From the NCBI RefSeq assembly GCF_009914755.1, contig NC_060934.1: DNA of 64,000 bases; one strand, 5' to 3'. The notes below the pieces were generated by a model. The model searched no databases, had not been told where the DNA came from, and was given only the letters and a program-made list of their open reading frames with translations. Both the position numbers and the translations under genes were made by a program. Source of the DNA: the human T2T-CHM13v2.0 reference genome, Homo sapiens. Of the stretch, positions 43,901-56,390 are shown piece by piece (positions within the stretch are counted from its first letter, which is position 1; every line of letters begins with the position of its first letter).

Positions 43901-44210
43901 TGAAAGGGGCCAAAAAATCCCAGGTGCTCTTCTTTTGGTCTTGGAGGGAAGTTCAAACCATAGGCAAACAACCCTTTCTCTTGCCCAACTCACTAACCAC
44001 CATAAAAACTCCAAGCCACTTTTCTTTGCTGTTCTCTCAAGCCAATTTTAGACTTGCTTGGGAGCCACTCTACTCTCCCCTAGAAAGCCTCATTATGTGA
44101 GTAAAAAAACGTTCTCATACCTTCTTAGTGTGTGTGTGGCATCATCGGTCTCAACATCCAAGTCAAATTTTGGCTAAGATTCATCCTGGTTCTGTAGGGT
44201 GATTACAACA
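43900..44210 (+). mobile_element. ERVL LTR 3' part (MER73/MER74/MER54-like)
   Basis: 'ctctcccctagaaagcctcattatgtgag...gtgtggcatcatcggtctcaacatcc...tacaaca'. Confidence 0.65.
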
Positions 44211-44699
44211 TGTACCTTATTAATGGTCTATGCCTTACTGCAAATGTCAAACTACTCTGCCCAGCCTAGTTGCCTCATTAAATCCATTCACCAATTTTCA
44301 TGAAGTTTAGATTCATTTATTTTACTCTGAAGAATAATATTCCACAATAAAGAAGAATATTCCCCTTTTTTCTTATTCTTTCAAATAAATTTTTGACCTA
44401 GGTTTCAAAATCTTCCATGACCAAAATCTCAACCAAAATTTCTATACTTGTTTTCTATTCTCGTTCATGTACCCTAAAATTTCACTAAATTGTTGCCATC
44501 CACCTACCCTCAGCAGGCCTTGCATTTTCTTCTCTCTCTCTATTTTTTTAAGGAGGGCGGCTGTTGCCAGGGCAACCAGCTGGGCTGGGATTTTGTTGAG
44601 AATTCCGCCCTGCATTTTCTACACTTTGCACTTTTGTTCACAGTCTATTGCCTGAGATTGAATTGTCCTTGCCCCATTGCTTGCTGTCCAAATCACACC

Positions 44700-45150
44700 T
44701 GAATGGATCAGCTAGGATTTGTGGTGGGAAGAGACATAAAATTCATCCCAGATTAGAAAAATAATAAAAGATAACTTATTGACTCATATCATTTAAAAAG
44801 CCAAGAGTAGTTCAGGCTCCAGTTGAGGTCTGATACAGGGGCTCATATAATGTCCTCAGGATCTAGTTTCTCTCTTCAACTTGAAGTTCTGCAAGATTTC
44901 CTTTCACCTCTCTTCACAGTCCCAAAGCCAGTGGAGAGGTAGAGGTTCTTTTTCCATGATTTCTGAAAAACTCCTGTATTAACTCGAGTCATCCTAGGTG
45001 GTATGTTACCCTGAAGCCAATCATAGCTAAGAGGGTGCAAAGCAATGAATGGCTTGGGCTCCAAAGGAAAATGGAGTAATTTTAATGTGTATATTACTAA
45101 CAAAGGAGTTTTGCTGAAGGTTTTCAAATAACAGCGGCTACAAATATACT
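44700..45150 (-). mobile_element. Old MLT1 LTR
   Basis: 'ttattgactcat...ggggctcatataatgtc...ccctgaagccaatc'. Confidence 0.55.
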
Positions 45151-45170
45151 CTTAAACATTTTCCAGGTTA

Positions 45171-45302
45171 GCTGGGCATGCTGGCATGTGCCTGTAGTCC
45201 CAGCTGCTCAAGAGGCTGAGATAGGAGGATCACTTGATCCAAGGAGTTCAAGGCCAGCCTGGGCAACATAGTGAGACTTCATTTCAAAAAAAAAAAAAAA
45301 AA
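45171..45302 (+). mobile_element. FLAM_A Alu monomer
   Basis: gcctgtagtcccagct...ggagttcaaggccagcctgggcaacatag + A tail, 132 bp. Confidence 0.85.
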
Positions 45303-45807
45303 TCCTCCAAGTCATCTTCTGGTCTTAGAGCAAAAAGCAACAGAGTGTTAAAGAGAAGTTACCTGTGTAATGCTCTTGTAGAAAAAATTTCTTCCTGGGA
45401 TCAAAGTCTCTCCCATACTCCAGGACTACTCGCAAGCCAAGGAAAGAAGTTCCAAAGGCAGGGCTGCAGGAAAAGACTCAGGGATCACCTAGGAGCTGAG
45501 GCTACATGTGCTGGCTCCCAAATTTGCTATTGCTTCTTTTTCAATCAACAGACAATGTGTCCCAAATGGGTAGGACAATGGGAATTACAACGGAGGACAT
45601 GCCAAGGGTGTGGAAGAGAGAAGGCCGAGGAAACAAGCTTGCATAACTAAAGTTGTCTTCTTGAGTTATTATTATAACTAAAGGTGTAAAACATGCCAAA
45701 TTAAATTGCAAAATCTCTAAAATTTCTGGGAAATAATTGGCCTAGCTCCCCAAAATCCAATGCCAGTGAATTTTAATTTTTTGCTTTAAAATAAACATCA
45801 TTACTCG

Positions 45808-46580
45808 AATTGGGAGGTCATTATGTTAAGTGAAATATGCCCAGCACAGAAAAACAAATATCATGTGTTCTCACTTACATATGGGGGCTACAAAAGTTGA
45901 TCTCATGGAGGTAGAGAGTAGAATGATAAATACCAGAGGTTGGGAAGGATGGGAGGTGGGGGGATAAAGAGAGGTTGATTAATGGGTACAAACAAAAATT
46001 TAGGAGGAATAAGTTTTGTTTGTTTGTTTTTTGTTTTTGTTTTTGTTTTGAGACAGAGTCTCACTCTGTCGCCCAGGGTAAAGTGCAGTGGCACGATCTC
46101 AGCTCAGTGCAGCCTCTGCATCTCAGGTTCAAGTGATTCTCCTGCCTCAGCCTCCCCAGTAGCTGGGATTACAGGAGTGTGCCACCACGCCTGGCTAATT
46201 TTTGTATTTTTAGTAGAGATAAGGTTTCACCACGTTGGCCAGGCTGGTCTCAAACTCCTGATCCCAGGTGATCCACTAACCTCAGCCTCCCAAAGTGCTG
46301 GGAATACAGGCATGAGCCACTGTGCCTGGCCAGGAATAAGTTATAATGTTTGATAGTAGAGTCAAGTGACTACAGTTAACAACAATGTACTGTATATTTC
46401 AAAATAGCTAGAAAAGAGAACTTGAAATATTCCCGATACATAGAAATGATAGATACTCAAGGTGATGGGCAGCCCTCAACACCTGACTTGATCATTACAC
46501 ATTCTACACATGTAACAAAATGTCACATGTACCCTATAAATCTGTACAAACATTATATAGCAATAAAATATATAAATGAA
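45808..46580 (+). mobile_element. L1MA 3' end split by Alu
   Basis: 'ttatgttaagtgaaat...gttctcacttacatatgggg', 'atatttcaaaatagctaga', 'tgacttgatcattacac'. Confidence 0.88.
46013..46331 (-). mobile_element. AluS
   Basis: TSD aggaataagtt. Confidence 0.93.
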
Positions 46581-46590
46581 TAACATTTTT

Positions 46591-46925
46591 GACCAGGCAC
46601 AGTGGCTCCTACTGTAATCCCGGAACTTTGGGAGGTGGCGGTGAGAGGATTACTTGAGCCCAGCAGTTCCAGACCAGCCTGGGCAACATAGTAAGACCTC
46701 ATTTCTACAAGAAACAAACAAAATTCGCCAGGTGTGGTGGTATACACCTGTAGTCCCAGGTACTTGAGAAGCGGAGGTGGGAGGATCATTTGAGTCCCAG
46801 TTACTTGAGAGGCTGAGGTGGGAGGATCACTTGAGCCTGGGAGGTTGAAGTTGCAGGGAGTGTGATCATGCCACTGTGCTTCAGCCTTGATGAGAGAGCA
46901 AGACCCTGTCTCAAAAATATATTTT
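46591..46925 (+). mobile_element. AluJ with 41-bp internal tandem duplication
   Basis: J diagnostics; duplicated agtcccag...gatca.ttg. Confidence 0.9.
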
Positions 46926-48549
46926 TAAAAAAATCATTACTATGCTCATCAATAGCATCTTTTGAATGGTTAAATTTAAGCTCTCGGGGTTATATGTTTT
47001 TTCATTCCATCTTGCCTTACAATAATTTGAGTAGAGTAACAATCACTCTAAAAAAAGTTTGAGTTGATATATTCGGCCATTAACACACTCTAACACATTT
47101 GCTAAGCTTCATGACAAATCATTGCAAAAATTGTGAATGACTTATGATTTCCCTCCATAAGTGAAAACTCTGTACTTGGTTTCTTTGGTCCTTTGCCTAC
47201 AATTGCTGGCCTGGGAGCTAGCTATGAGCAATGTGCACAATAAATAAATCAAAATGTAGAAGTTACTGTTTGGGCATCATCATGACAATTTACGTTAACT
47301 TAGGTTATCACAGTGGGTCTTGCACATCTCCAAAATTGTATTTTTATTTTCTATTAACTTTTTCAGCATTGTAAATGCTATCAGGCCAGATGACTAAATA
47401 AGTTCCAGTGAAGAGAGGAGAGAATGAGAATTTTGTGGTGTTATTTTTAAAAATTATATTCAAGGCTAGCAAAATATATGCTCAATGTTTTGATTTCAAT
47501 CAGAAATGGAAGTTTCCTCCCGTCACTGCATGTCAATATTTCTTAGCGCAGCCAGTTTTACAGAATTTCATTCCATTTAAAATCATCTTATCTTACAAGT
47601 AAAAGTGACAGCTCTGAGTGAAATAAAGACACTCTCTTGAGTCGAAGCAGTAATTATTTCCATTTTTCATTAAAGCAACCCATTCAGTAGTTAGGATCAG
47701 AGAAAAATTTAAATGAAGAAGTAAAATTGCCATTAAAACAGAAATGAGCTAATGGGGAAAATATGTAAACAAGATGAACATGAATACTTCTGAAAATTTA
47801 AAAAAAAACAAGTAATGATCAACACTGATAACAAATACTTTGCATTTCTAAACCTTATATCTAGAAACCCTAAGAATCAAAGGCAAATGAACAAATAATT
47901 ATAACGCATAGAAGAAAGGTAGCATTCCCTGTAACCCAAGCAAAGAAAAATAGAAATCCAAAAGGAAAATAAAAATGCAAGAACTTTTTTTTCTGCTTCA
48001 CTCTTCACTCTTTAACATTCTTCTGAGAACTGACTTTTCTTTGAAGATATTTTTCTCTCAGTGGGTTTTCTAGACTCTGTGAGCTTCCTTGGATCATAGA
48101 GCAAGATATGCTTGGTGTGCAGGGGCCAGGAGGGTCATGTGTATTTTGGAAGGATACACTCCTTTCCCCCTCTGCTTCATTTTTCCCCCTGCTATGGTGT
48201 TCTGAGTTAAAGGCAAAAACAGAATGGGAAGGCAGGAACTAAAATCCCTCTGATCCAGTGATGTGTCCTCTAGAAACCTCCTGGGTCTTATGCTCATGCC
48301 AAGCTCATCTGAATATATAGACAGGAGACCCAGAACCCACAGCATTCATTGGTAGCACTCATTGTGCCATGTGGTAGCTCTACAAGAACTCAGTCTTTGT
48401 GTGTTTTCTCTACCTAAACCAAGACATACCTTCTGTGACTGTATGTGTCCCTACACACTAGAAATTCCAGAAGAATCTTAATTCCACCTTAATCAAAAGA
48501 AATGTGGGGTTTCTTGTAAAGCTCAAAATCCTCACCAACATTGCAGAAA

Positions 48550-49320
48550 TTTTTTTTTATTTTCAAAATGTATTTTAAATTGATGCATAAAAACTGTATA
48601 TACTTATCATGTACAACTTGTTATTTTGAAATATACATACTGCAGAATGACTATATTGAGCTAATTAATATAGATTACCTCACATACTTATTTTTGTGGT
48701 AAGAACACTTAAAATCTACTCTCAGCAATTTTCAAGAATAGAATACATTGTTATTAACTATAGTCACCATAGTTTTTTGTTTGTTTGTTTGTTTTTTGAG
48801 ATGGAGTCTCGCTCTGTCGCCCAGGCTGGAGTGCAGTGGCATGATCTTGGTTCACTGCAACCTCCGCTCCTGGGTTCAAGCGATTCTCCTGCCTCAGCCC
48901 CCCGAGTAGCTGGGATTACAGGCACCTGCCACCACACCCGGCTAATTTCTGTATTTTTAGTAGAAACAGGGTTTCACCATGTTGGCCAGGCTGGTCTTGA
49001 ACTCCTGACCTTAGGTGATCCGCCCGCTTGGCCTCCCAAAGTGCTAGGATTACAGGCGTGAGCCACCGTGCTCTTTGTCACCATGTTTTACGATGGATGT
49101 CTTGAACTTATTCCTCCTATCTAAATGAAATTTAGTATTCTTTGACCAACATTTCCCTAAACCCCCCTTGTCAGCCCCTGGTAACCACCGTTCTACTCTC
49201 TACTTCTACAAGTTCATATTTTTTAGATTCCACATGTAATTGAGATCATGCAGTATTTATCCTTCTGTGCCTGGCTTATTTCACTTAACATAATACTCCT
49301 AAGTTCATCCACAACATTGT
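48550..49320 (-). mobile_element. L1MA 3' end split by Alu
   Basis: 'ggtaagaacacttaaaatctactctcagcaattttcaag', 'tagattccacatgtaattgagatcatgcagtattt'. Confidence 0.88.
48773..49072 (-). mobile_element. AluS
   Basis: TSD gtcaccat. Confidence 0.92.
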
Positions 49321-49377
49321 AGAAATTTTATCTGTTCTTCCGGGTGCCCACACTTTCAAAGGAAAAAATATACATAT

Positions 49378-49738
49378 TGCATTAGTCTGTTTTCAGGCTG
49401 CTGATAAAGACATACCCTAGACTGGGTAATTTATAAAGAAAAAGGTTTAATGGACTCACAGTTCCACGTGGCTGGGGAAGCCTCACAATCATGGCAGAAG
49501 GTGAAAGGCACGTCTTACGTGGCAGCAGACAGAGAGAGAATGAGAACCAAGTGAAAGGGGTTTCCCCTTGTAAAACCATCAGCTTTTGTGAGACTTACTC
49601 ACTACCATGAGAACAGTCTGGGGGAAACCGCCCCCAAGATTGTATTATCTCCCACCAGGTCCCTCCCACAACACACGGGAATTATGGAAGGTACAATTTA
49701 AGACGAGATTTGGGTGGGGACACAGCCAAACCATATCA
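49378..49738 (-). mobile_element. THE1 (A/B) solo LTR
   Basis: 'attagtctgttttcaggctgctgataaagacatacc...gggtggggacacagccaaaccatatca'. Confidence 0.93.
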
Positions 49739-50059
49739 AATACATTAAGGAAAACAGTTATCGGAACCAAAGGAATGCTGTATTTGACATTCTGCCCACA
49801 TCAATGCATGTATGCTGTCACCATCACAGTGGTGTCTGCTCCCTCAGCCCAGCAGGACAGACCTGATGCTGTCTCAGACACAAGAGTCAGATATCTCATA
49901 TCCAGGACTGGAAGTCACTTAACTTCTACAGGCCTCAATTTCCTCATCTGTAAAATGGGAATTCATTTAGATCGTGTGGCCTGCCACATAATCCGTGCTC
50001 AATAGCCATTCTAATTAATTATTAATTTTAGCCAGTGATGATTAAGAAACATGGAGGGT

Positions 50060-50360
50060 GGCAGGGTGCGGTGGCTCTTGCCTGTAATCCTAGCACTTTG
50101 GGAGGCCGAGGCGGGCAGATCACAAGGTCAGGAAATTGAGACCATCCTGGCTAACACGGTGAAACCCCGTCTCTACTAAAAATACAAAAAAATTAGCCAG
50201 GTGGGGTGGCGGGTGCCTGTAGTCCCAGCTACTCAAGAGGCTGAGGCAGGAGAATGGCGTGAACCTGGGAGGCAGAGCTTGCAGTGAGCTGAGATGGAGC
50301 CACTGCACTCCAGCCTGGGCGACAGTGCGAGACTGCATCTCAAACAAACAAACAAAAAAG
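50060..50360 (+). mobile_element. AluY
   Basis: Y diagnostics; TSD aagaaacatggaggg. Confidence 0.95.
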
Positions 50361-51338
50361 AAACATGGAGGGAAAAGAGGCATATTAGTAACAAAGGGGC
50401 AAGTCTGTTTTAGAAACAATTTTTAGTTCACATCGTGTTTAAGTTTTATAATGAGCAGTTAATATCCCTCAGCTGATGGGGGATTAAGGTAATCATTCTA
50501 CTGCAGTATCTGGTAGAGGGATATGGGGATAAGGAATAGGCTAGAATACTTTCCTGACTTCACTATACATTTTCCCCAGATTCTTATAAACCTATTAGCC
50601 GATCCCTTGGATTCCTTTAAGACCTATGAAAGGTCGTGTTGAGAAGGAATATTATTGCTTCCATACAAAGAAGATACCTGTGATGGTTAATTTTATGTGT
50701 CAATTTGACTGGGCTAAGAGATGCCCAGATTGCTGGTAAAATACTATTTCTGGGAGTGTCTGTGAGGATGTTTCTGGTAGAAAGTAGCACTGGAATTGGT
50801 AGACTGAATAAAAATCACCCTGATCGATGTGAGCAGGCATCATGGGATCCGTGGAAGGCCTGAATAGAGCCAAAAGGTGGAGGAAGGACAGATGCACACT
50901 CTCTGCTTCGGCTGGGACGACCATCTTCTCCTGCCTTGGGTACCAGTGCTCCTGGCTCTCAGTCCTTCACACTCAGGCTGGGACCTACACCACCAGCTCC
51001 CAGTTCTTGGGCCATAGGGTTTGGACTGGAACCACACCCCCACTTTTCCTTGGCTGCCAGCTTTCGGACCGCAGACTGGGACTTCTCAGCCTCCATCATT
51101 GCATGTGCTAATCTCTCCTAATACATCTCTTTCTATCTATCTCTATAGATCTGCTGGGGTCTCCATGTTTGTGATCTCCAGAAGTCATATGTTGAAATCC
51201 TACTCCCCAAGGTGATGGCACTAGAAGGAGGGAGCTTTGGGAGGTGATTAGGTCATGAGGGTGCAGCCATTGTGAATGGGATTAGTGATCATATATAAGA
51301 GACCCCAGAGAGATCTCTTGCCCCTTCCACCAGGTGAG

Positions 51339-51636
51339 TGTTACTGGGGGTGAATCTTTATGGGTCTGCAACAACCTCAATTCTTGCCTCCTCAGAAGAA
51401 AGAATTCGACTGAGGGGCATAGGGCAGAAGGAGAGACCAAGGCAAGTTTTAGAGCAGGAGAGAAAGTTTATTAAAAAGCTATAGAGCAGGCCTGGCACAG
51501 TGGTATGCACTTGTAATCCCAGCAATTTGGGAGACCAAGGCAGGTGGATCGCTTGAGCTCAGGAGTTTGAGACCAGCCTGGGCAACATGACAAAACCCTG
51601 TCTCTATTATTTTTATATATATGTATATATATATAT

Positions 51637-51667
<31 letters not shown>

Positions 51668-52394
51668 TCTCGTGTGTGTGGCGGGGCATGCCTGTAGTCC
51701 CAGCTACTCCGGAAGCTGAGGTGGGAGGATAGCTTGAGCCTCGGAGGAAGAGATTGCAGTGAGCCAAGATTGTGCCACTGCACTTTAGCCTGGGTGACAG
51801 GGCAAGACTCTGTCAAAGAATTAAAACAAAACAAAACAAAACAAAAAGCTTTAGAGCAGGAATGAAAGGGAGTAAAGCACACATGGAAAAGGGCCAAGCA
51901 GGCGACTTGGGAGATCAAGTGCACTGTTTGACCTTTGACTTGGAGTTTTATCCCTTGGCATGCTTGGGGCAGAGGGGATGGCAGTGGTGGTGTTTGTGTC
52001 CCTTTTCACCTGATTCTTCCCTTGGGGTGGGCTGTCCACATGTGCGGTGGCCTGCCAGCACTTGGGAGGGGCCACATGCACAGTATGTTTACCAAAACTG
52101 TGCACATGCTGACTTGAGGCGTTCTTCCCTTACCAGGCTGCCATTTTGCCTCTTAGTGCGCATGCTTGAGCCCACTCACCCAACTCCTGAGATCTTATTG
52201 GGAAGCTGCTGATCACCGGTTTTAGGTGTTTCTATCTATTGGGAGACTGCCTTTCCCTGGCACCAGCTGTGACCAATTATTATTTTAGCAAGATGGCTTA
52301 ACAACTGCCTGCTGGTTGCCTGACATCCCTGGTGGTGGGTGGAGGGGGGGCCTCTCTGGACTTGCTCATGTCTGACTAACTATGTACTGTAACA
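51339..52394 (-). mobile_element. ERV1 LTR (LTR9/MER66-like) inside MLT1A
   Basis: TG...CA, 4-bp TSD tgag/cgag; 'cctcagaagaaagaattcgactgaggggcat'. Confidence 0.8.
51489..51842 (+). mobile_element. AluJ inside the ERV1 LTR, linker expanded into (TA)n(TAGA)n
   Basis: TSD aaaaagct.tagagca; microsatellite at ~51613-51668. Confidence 0.92.
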
Positions 52395-52712
52395 CGAGGA
52401 CACAGGGAAATGAGGCCATCAACGAACTAGGAAGTGGGCCCTTACTAGACACCAAATCTGTCGGTACCACAATCTTGAACTTCCCAGCCTCCAGAACCAT
52501 GAGAAATAAGTGTTTGTTGCTTATAAGCCATCCAGCTGGTAACAGTTTTGTTTTAGCAGCCCAAATGGACTAAGGCAATAGCCTCTTGTTCTATTTCTCT
52601 GGAGAATCCTAATACAGTGCTGTAAGAGAAACCTACTGAGAAAAAAAATAAGGACTGCGTGGCCTCAACCACTCCTGCCTCCCACAGAGCTGTGTGACCT
52701 TGGGCATATCAC

Positions 52713-53009
52713 TTTTTTTTTTTTTTTTTTTTGAAACTCTCACTCTGTTGCCCAGGCTAGAGTACGGTGGTGCAATCTCGGTTCTCTGCAACATCTGCTG
52801 CCTGGGTTCAAGCAATTCTCCTGCCCCAGCGTCCCTAGTAACTGGGATTACAGGCACCTGCCACTGCGCCAGGCTAATTTTTGTGGTTTTAGTAGAGACA
52901 GTGTTTCACCATCTTGCCCAGGCTGGTCTTGAACTCCTGACCTCGTGATCCACCTGCCTCGGCCTCCCAAAGTGCTGGAATTACAGGTGTGAGCCACCAC
53001 ACTTGGCCC
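52713..53009 (-). mobile_element. AluS (Sg/Sc-like)
   Basis: TSD g.atatcactt. Confidence 0.92.
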
Positions 53010-53065
53010 AGTATATCACTTAATCCTTTTAAGCAAGGCTCTGCTTCATCATCCGTAAATGGTAA

Positions 53066-53382
<317 letters not shown>

Positions 53383-53949
53383 TAAAGGGTGATTTTAGCA
53401 GGATCTGCTTCACTGATTGAATGGTTCACTTCTCTAATGCTTGGCCAATGGTGGACTTTCAGTAAATATTACCTTTTATTTATTAATATTATTGCTTCTC
53501 TCTCAAATTGCAAAAATTAGATAGTAAGCATTTAGAGGATGTTTCCATAATGAGGTCAGTTTAAAGATGTTACTCTTGGCCTCGTGCCTATCTAGTCCAG
53601 TACCTACAGTAGCAAGTTCCCAACAGTGGAGCGGCTATACTCCAATGAAAGAGATTAATTGCCTGCTCTGAAATCTGAACAGGAAGTAAGCACCTAGTGT
53701 TTGGTTATGAAAACAGAACTACCCTGTTCATCTGAATCCCACTCTTACCCCCTCCAGCCGATCCTTCCCCTCTCTTGTTTGCAGTGACTAGGATGTCCTG
53801 GTGACTGGTAATATCTAGACTCACCACTTCAAAGTGCTGAGACAGGAGCTGCATCTGGAAGTTACGTTATCTTTTAGCAGATGACTACAGTCCAGAGGCA
53901 GTAATCATTTCAAACTAGCCAGGAGAGGGAGAAGGAGAGAACTATAATA

Positions 53950-54510
53950 ATGTGAGTCAGGTAGCATTTTCTACCTTATCAGCTCCAGCAGATGCAAACA
54001 TGCACTGACAAATACTACACCAGAGGGCAGGATAAAAGTGGAATTAGAAAATAACTACCTTCAGGAGATACTGGGCGTCCAAATTCGATATGCAATTGTA
54101 ATATAGATAACATGGAGAAACAGATAATAAATACAGCTTTTAATTCAAACATGACCTTCAAAGAGCTTTTTCCTTAGAAACACAATTCAAAAGCTCCAAT
54201 CTTTTGAAAGAAAAGATCCAAACAATAAGCTTTCTTCTTCATCCCCCCAGCCCTGATTACAGGGCACATCGGAGACCATTCTTCTCAATAATGGCCTTGC
54301 AGCATGCTTTTATCACATTTTATCGCATATTCTAAAGTTCTTTATCACATTGGAAAGATATGCTTCCCTTACCACGGTTTATCGGATCTGAGAAATTATC
54401 TTATCAATATTCCCTGGGCGAGCATATGAGTATTTCTAAATGACAGAACAGAATAGTATATGATAAATGGGAACATTGCTGCCTCCCTGATCAGTGGGTG
54501 AGATAAAGAG
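53950..54510. promoter_or_regulatory. Candidate enhancer/insulator: AP-1, CTCF-like and clustered GATA motifs
   Basis: TGAGTCA 53953-53959; ACACCAGAGGGCAG 54017-54030; eight GATAA cores in 54310-54506; unique sequence. Confidence 0.5.
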
Positions 54511-55018
54511 AATGTGGCTAGCTGGAAAAATCAACTGGGCTTGGATGAAGTGTAAGGATCATCTGTAATGTGGCAGGGAATTATTCATCACTGAGCACAG
54601 GGACCCTCCTAAAGTTGTAGGGACCCAAGTAGCACAAGGTCGGAATGCCCAAAGTTCCTTGCAGAATTTGCTCCCAACACAGCCAAGTGGATGCCATCCA
54701 TTGTCCTTGAAAGGCAAGGGCAGCTTTGCATTAAACTATTCTCTCCTGGAGCCATATTTTATGGGTGCCAGAACCAAAGCACTTTAATTGAGCTCAACTA
54801 CGTGCACGGGCCTCTTAAGGACCAAGCAGGCTCCTTCCCACGGTGACATTGAAACAGGGACTGGTTCTGTTGCTTAACAGTTTGTAAATCACACGGAACA
54901 TCTTGCAAGGACAGAGACCCCTGTACTTGCTCCCTTTTCCACTTCCCATATCTCTGGTCTCCTTTCTGATGTGGACCATTTGTGTCACGTATAGAAAACT
55001 TTCCATGGGATAAGAGGG

Positions 55019-55615
55019 TATAGGAGCTGAGGGAAAACTTCCACTTTACCCTACGAAGGTTTGCTGAAAATTAACTGTAAAAGGCAGATTCATAGGAGAA
55101 AAGGCTTGCAAATTTATTCATGTGCATGGAGGGGAAAATCACGGAGTGATCACCACATCATGCAATGGGGTACTGATGGTTCTATACCCTTTTTCTTAGG
55201 GGAAAGGGAGATGGGGAAGAGTGGGTGATTTTTGAGGGATAATAAATGATTTTTAGGGAATTCAATGGGCTTGAAGAACACACAGTGGCCTGGGACAAAG
55301 ACTACTGGGCCCACAGAGCAGATAATGATTTGTGACGAAAGTCTGTCCAGGTGCGTTGTCAGACTTTCGTCTTTCCTCCTGCCATGAGTTCAGTTCATGA
55401 AAACTAAGGGAAGGGACCAGAGGTGATTGTTTTCTTCCTTAGTAAGTCCAGACTTCAGGCAGATAAGAGAACTTCAGAGAGCAACTTCATCCTGTGCTTT
55501 CAGAGAGACAGAGAAATGAGAGGCCGGAGGAGGAAGGTCTGAGAAACCACAAGGCTTCTTCAGTTCATCATGTCAAAGGGCCACATTTTGGGCTATCAGT
55601 TTCTGAGCCCCAACA
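55019..55615 (-). mobile_element. MER39-like ERV1 solo LTR
   Basis: Minus-strand start 'tgttggggctcagaaactgatagcccaaaatgtggccctttgacatg...ctgaagaagcc'. Confidence 0.85.
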
Positions 55616-56191
55616 GGGGTAAACATAAAGCTTCCTCTCTCAAACAAGCATTCCAACATCCAACAGCTCTATTAATTTCCAAGAGTACTGTAAAATATAT
55701 TTTTTCAGTAAAATTATGTGAAAGGTCTAGTTAAGAAAGACTGATTAAAATAAGCATATAATATGCTTATAGAACTATTTACACAAAAGACTTAAATTCT
55801 ACCAAATATTACAAGATGCACACACTCTCACTTCTAAGGTAAGACCTGAAAAGTATTCTCTGATTAATGAAATTAAAAAGGCACAAATTTGATCCGTAAT
55901 AAGCAATAGGAATGCAATCCTAATAATTAATATATTAACTAATTCCAAAAGCAGATCAAGAGATACAGTTCAGAAAACTTCCTAATCTTATCAGTCACGT
56001 GCCTGTCAACCAGGTGCAAAACCAGCCAAAAAGTTATGATGTTACAGACGACCTGTGAGGCAGGTCGGCGACCCCAATAGACACCACGATCCCTTTTGCT
56101 GGACAGAGGAACTGCAATTCACAGGCAATTGGGCGGAAATTATTTCCTCTCTGGGGCAGTTGAACCAGCATAACAAAATCATGAATGCTCT

Positions 56192-56390
56192 GACTGGGTT
56201 AGCTTAGTTGTTTCAGAAACAATGCTAATGATGTCAGGGTTGCCGGGTCAAACCCCATATGGGCTCATTGTCTTTGGAGAGGGAAACATAGTGTTCTGTG
56301 GCCTGGGTCACTTTGGGAGCAAATGTCTCTGGTCGAACAGGGGCCTGGCACCAGGATTCACCAAAACCCATCAGCAGTTCAGGACAAGTT
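56192..56390 (+). mobile_element. MamSINE1-like ancient tRNA-derived SINE
   Basis: tRNA-like head 'gactgggttagcttagttg...tgctaatg...gggtcaaaccccatatgggc' then body 'gttctgtggcc...gcaaatg...ggtc'. Confidence 0.65.

Larger units (their letters stand above)
51152..52577 (+). mobile_element. MLT1A LTR inside MLT2
   Basis: 'catatgttgaaatcct...ggtgattaggtcatgaggg' resuming at 52395 'gaggacacag...ggactaaggca'. Confidence 0.88.
50679..52616 (+). mobile_element. MLT2 (ERVL) LTR, outer shell of nested insertions
   Basis: 'tgtgatggttaattttatgtgtcaatttgactgggctaa' start; 'tttctctggagaatcctaataca' end. Confidence 0.88.

Noticed and set aside
43555-44100. 181-aa ORF and overlapping ORFs
   Set aside because: Derived from the (ATCC/ATCT)n repeat and an LTR fragment
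56192-56265. tRNA gene
   Set aside because: Cloverleaf and A/B boxes are degenerate and the sequence continues into a SINE body
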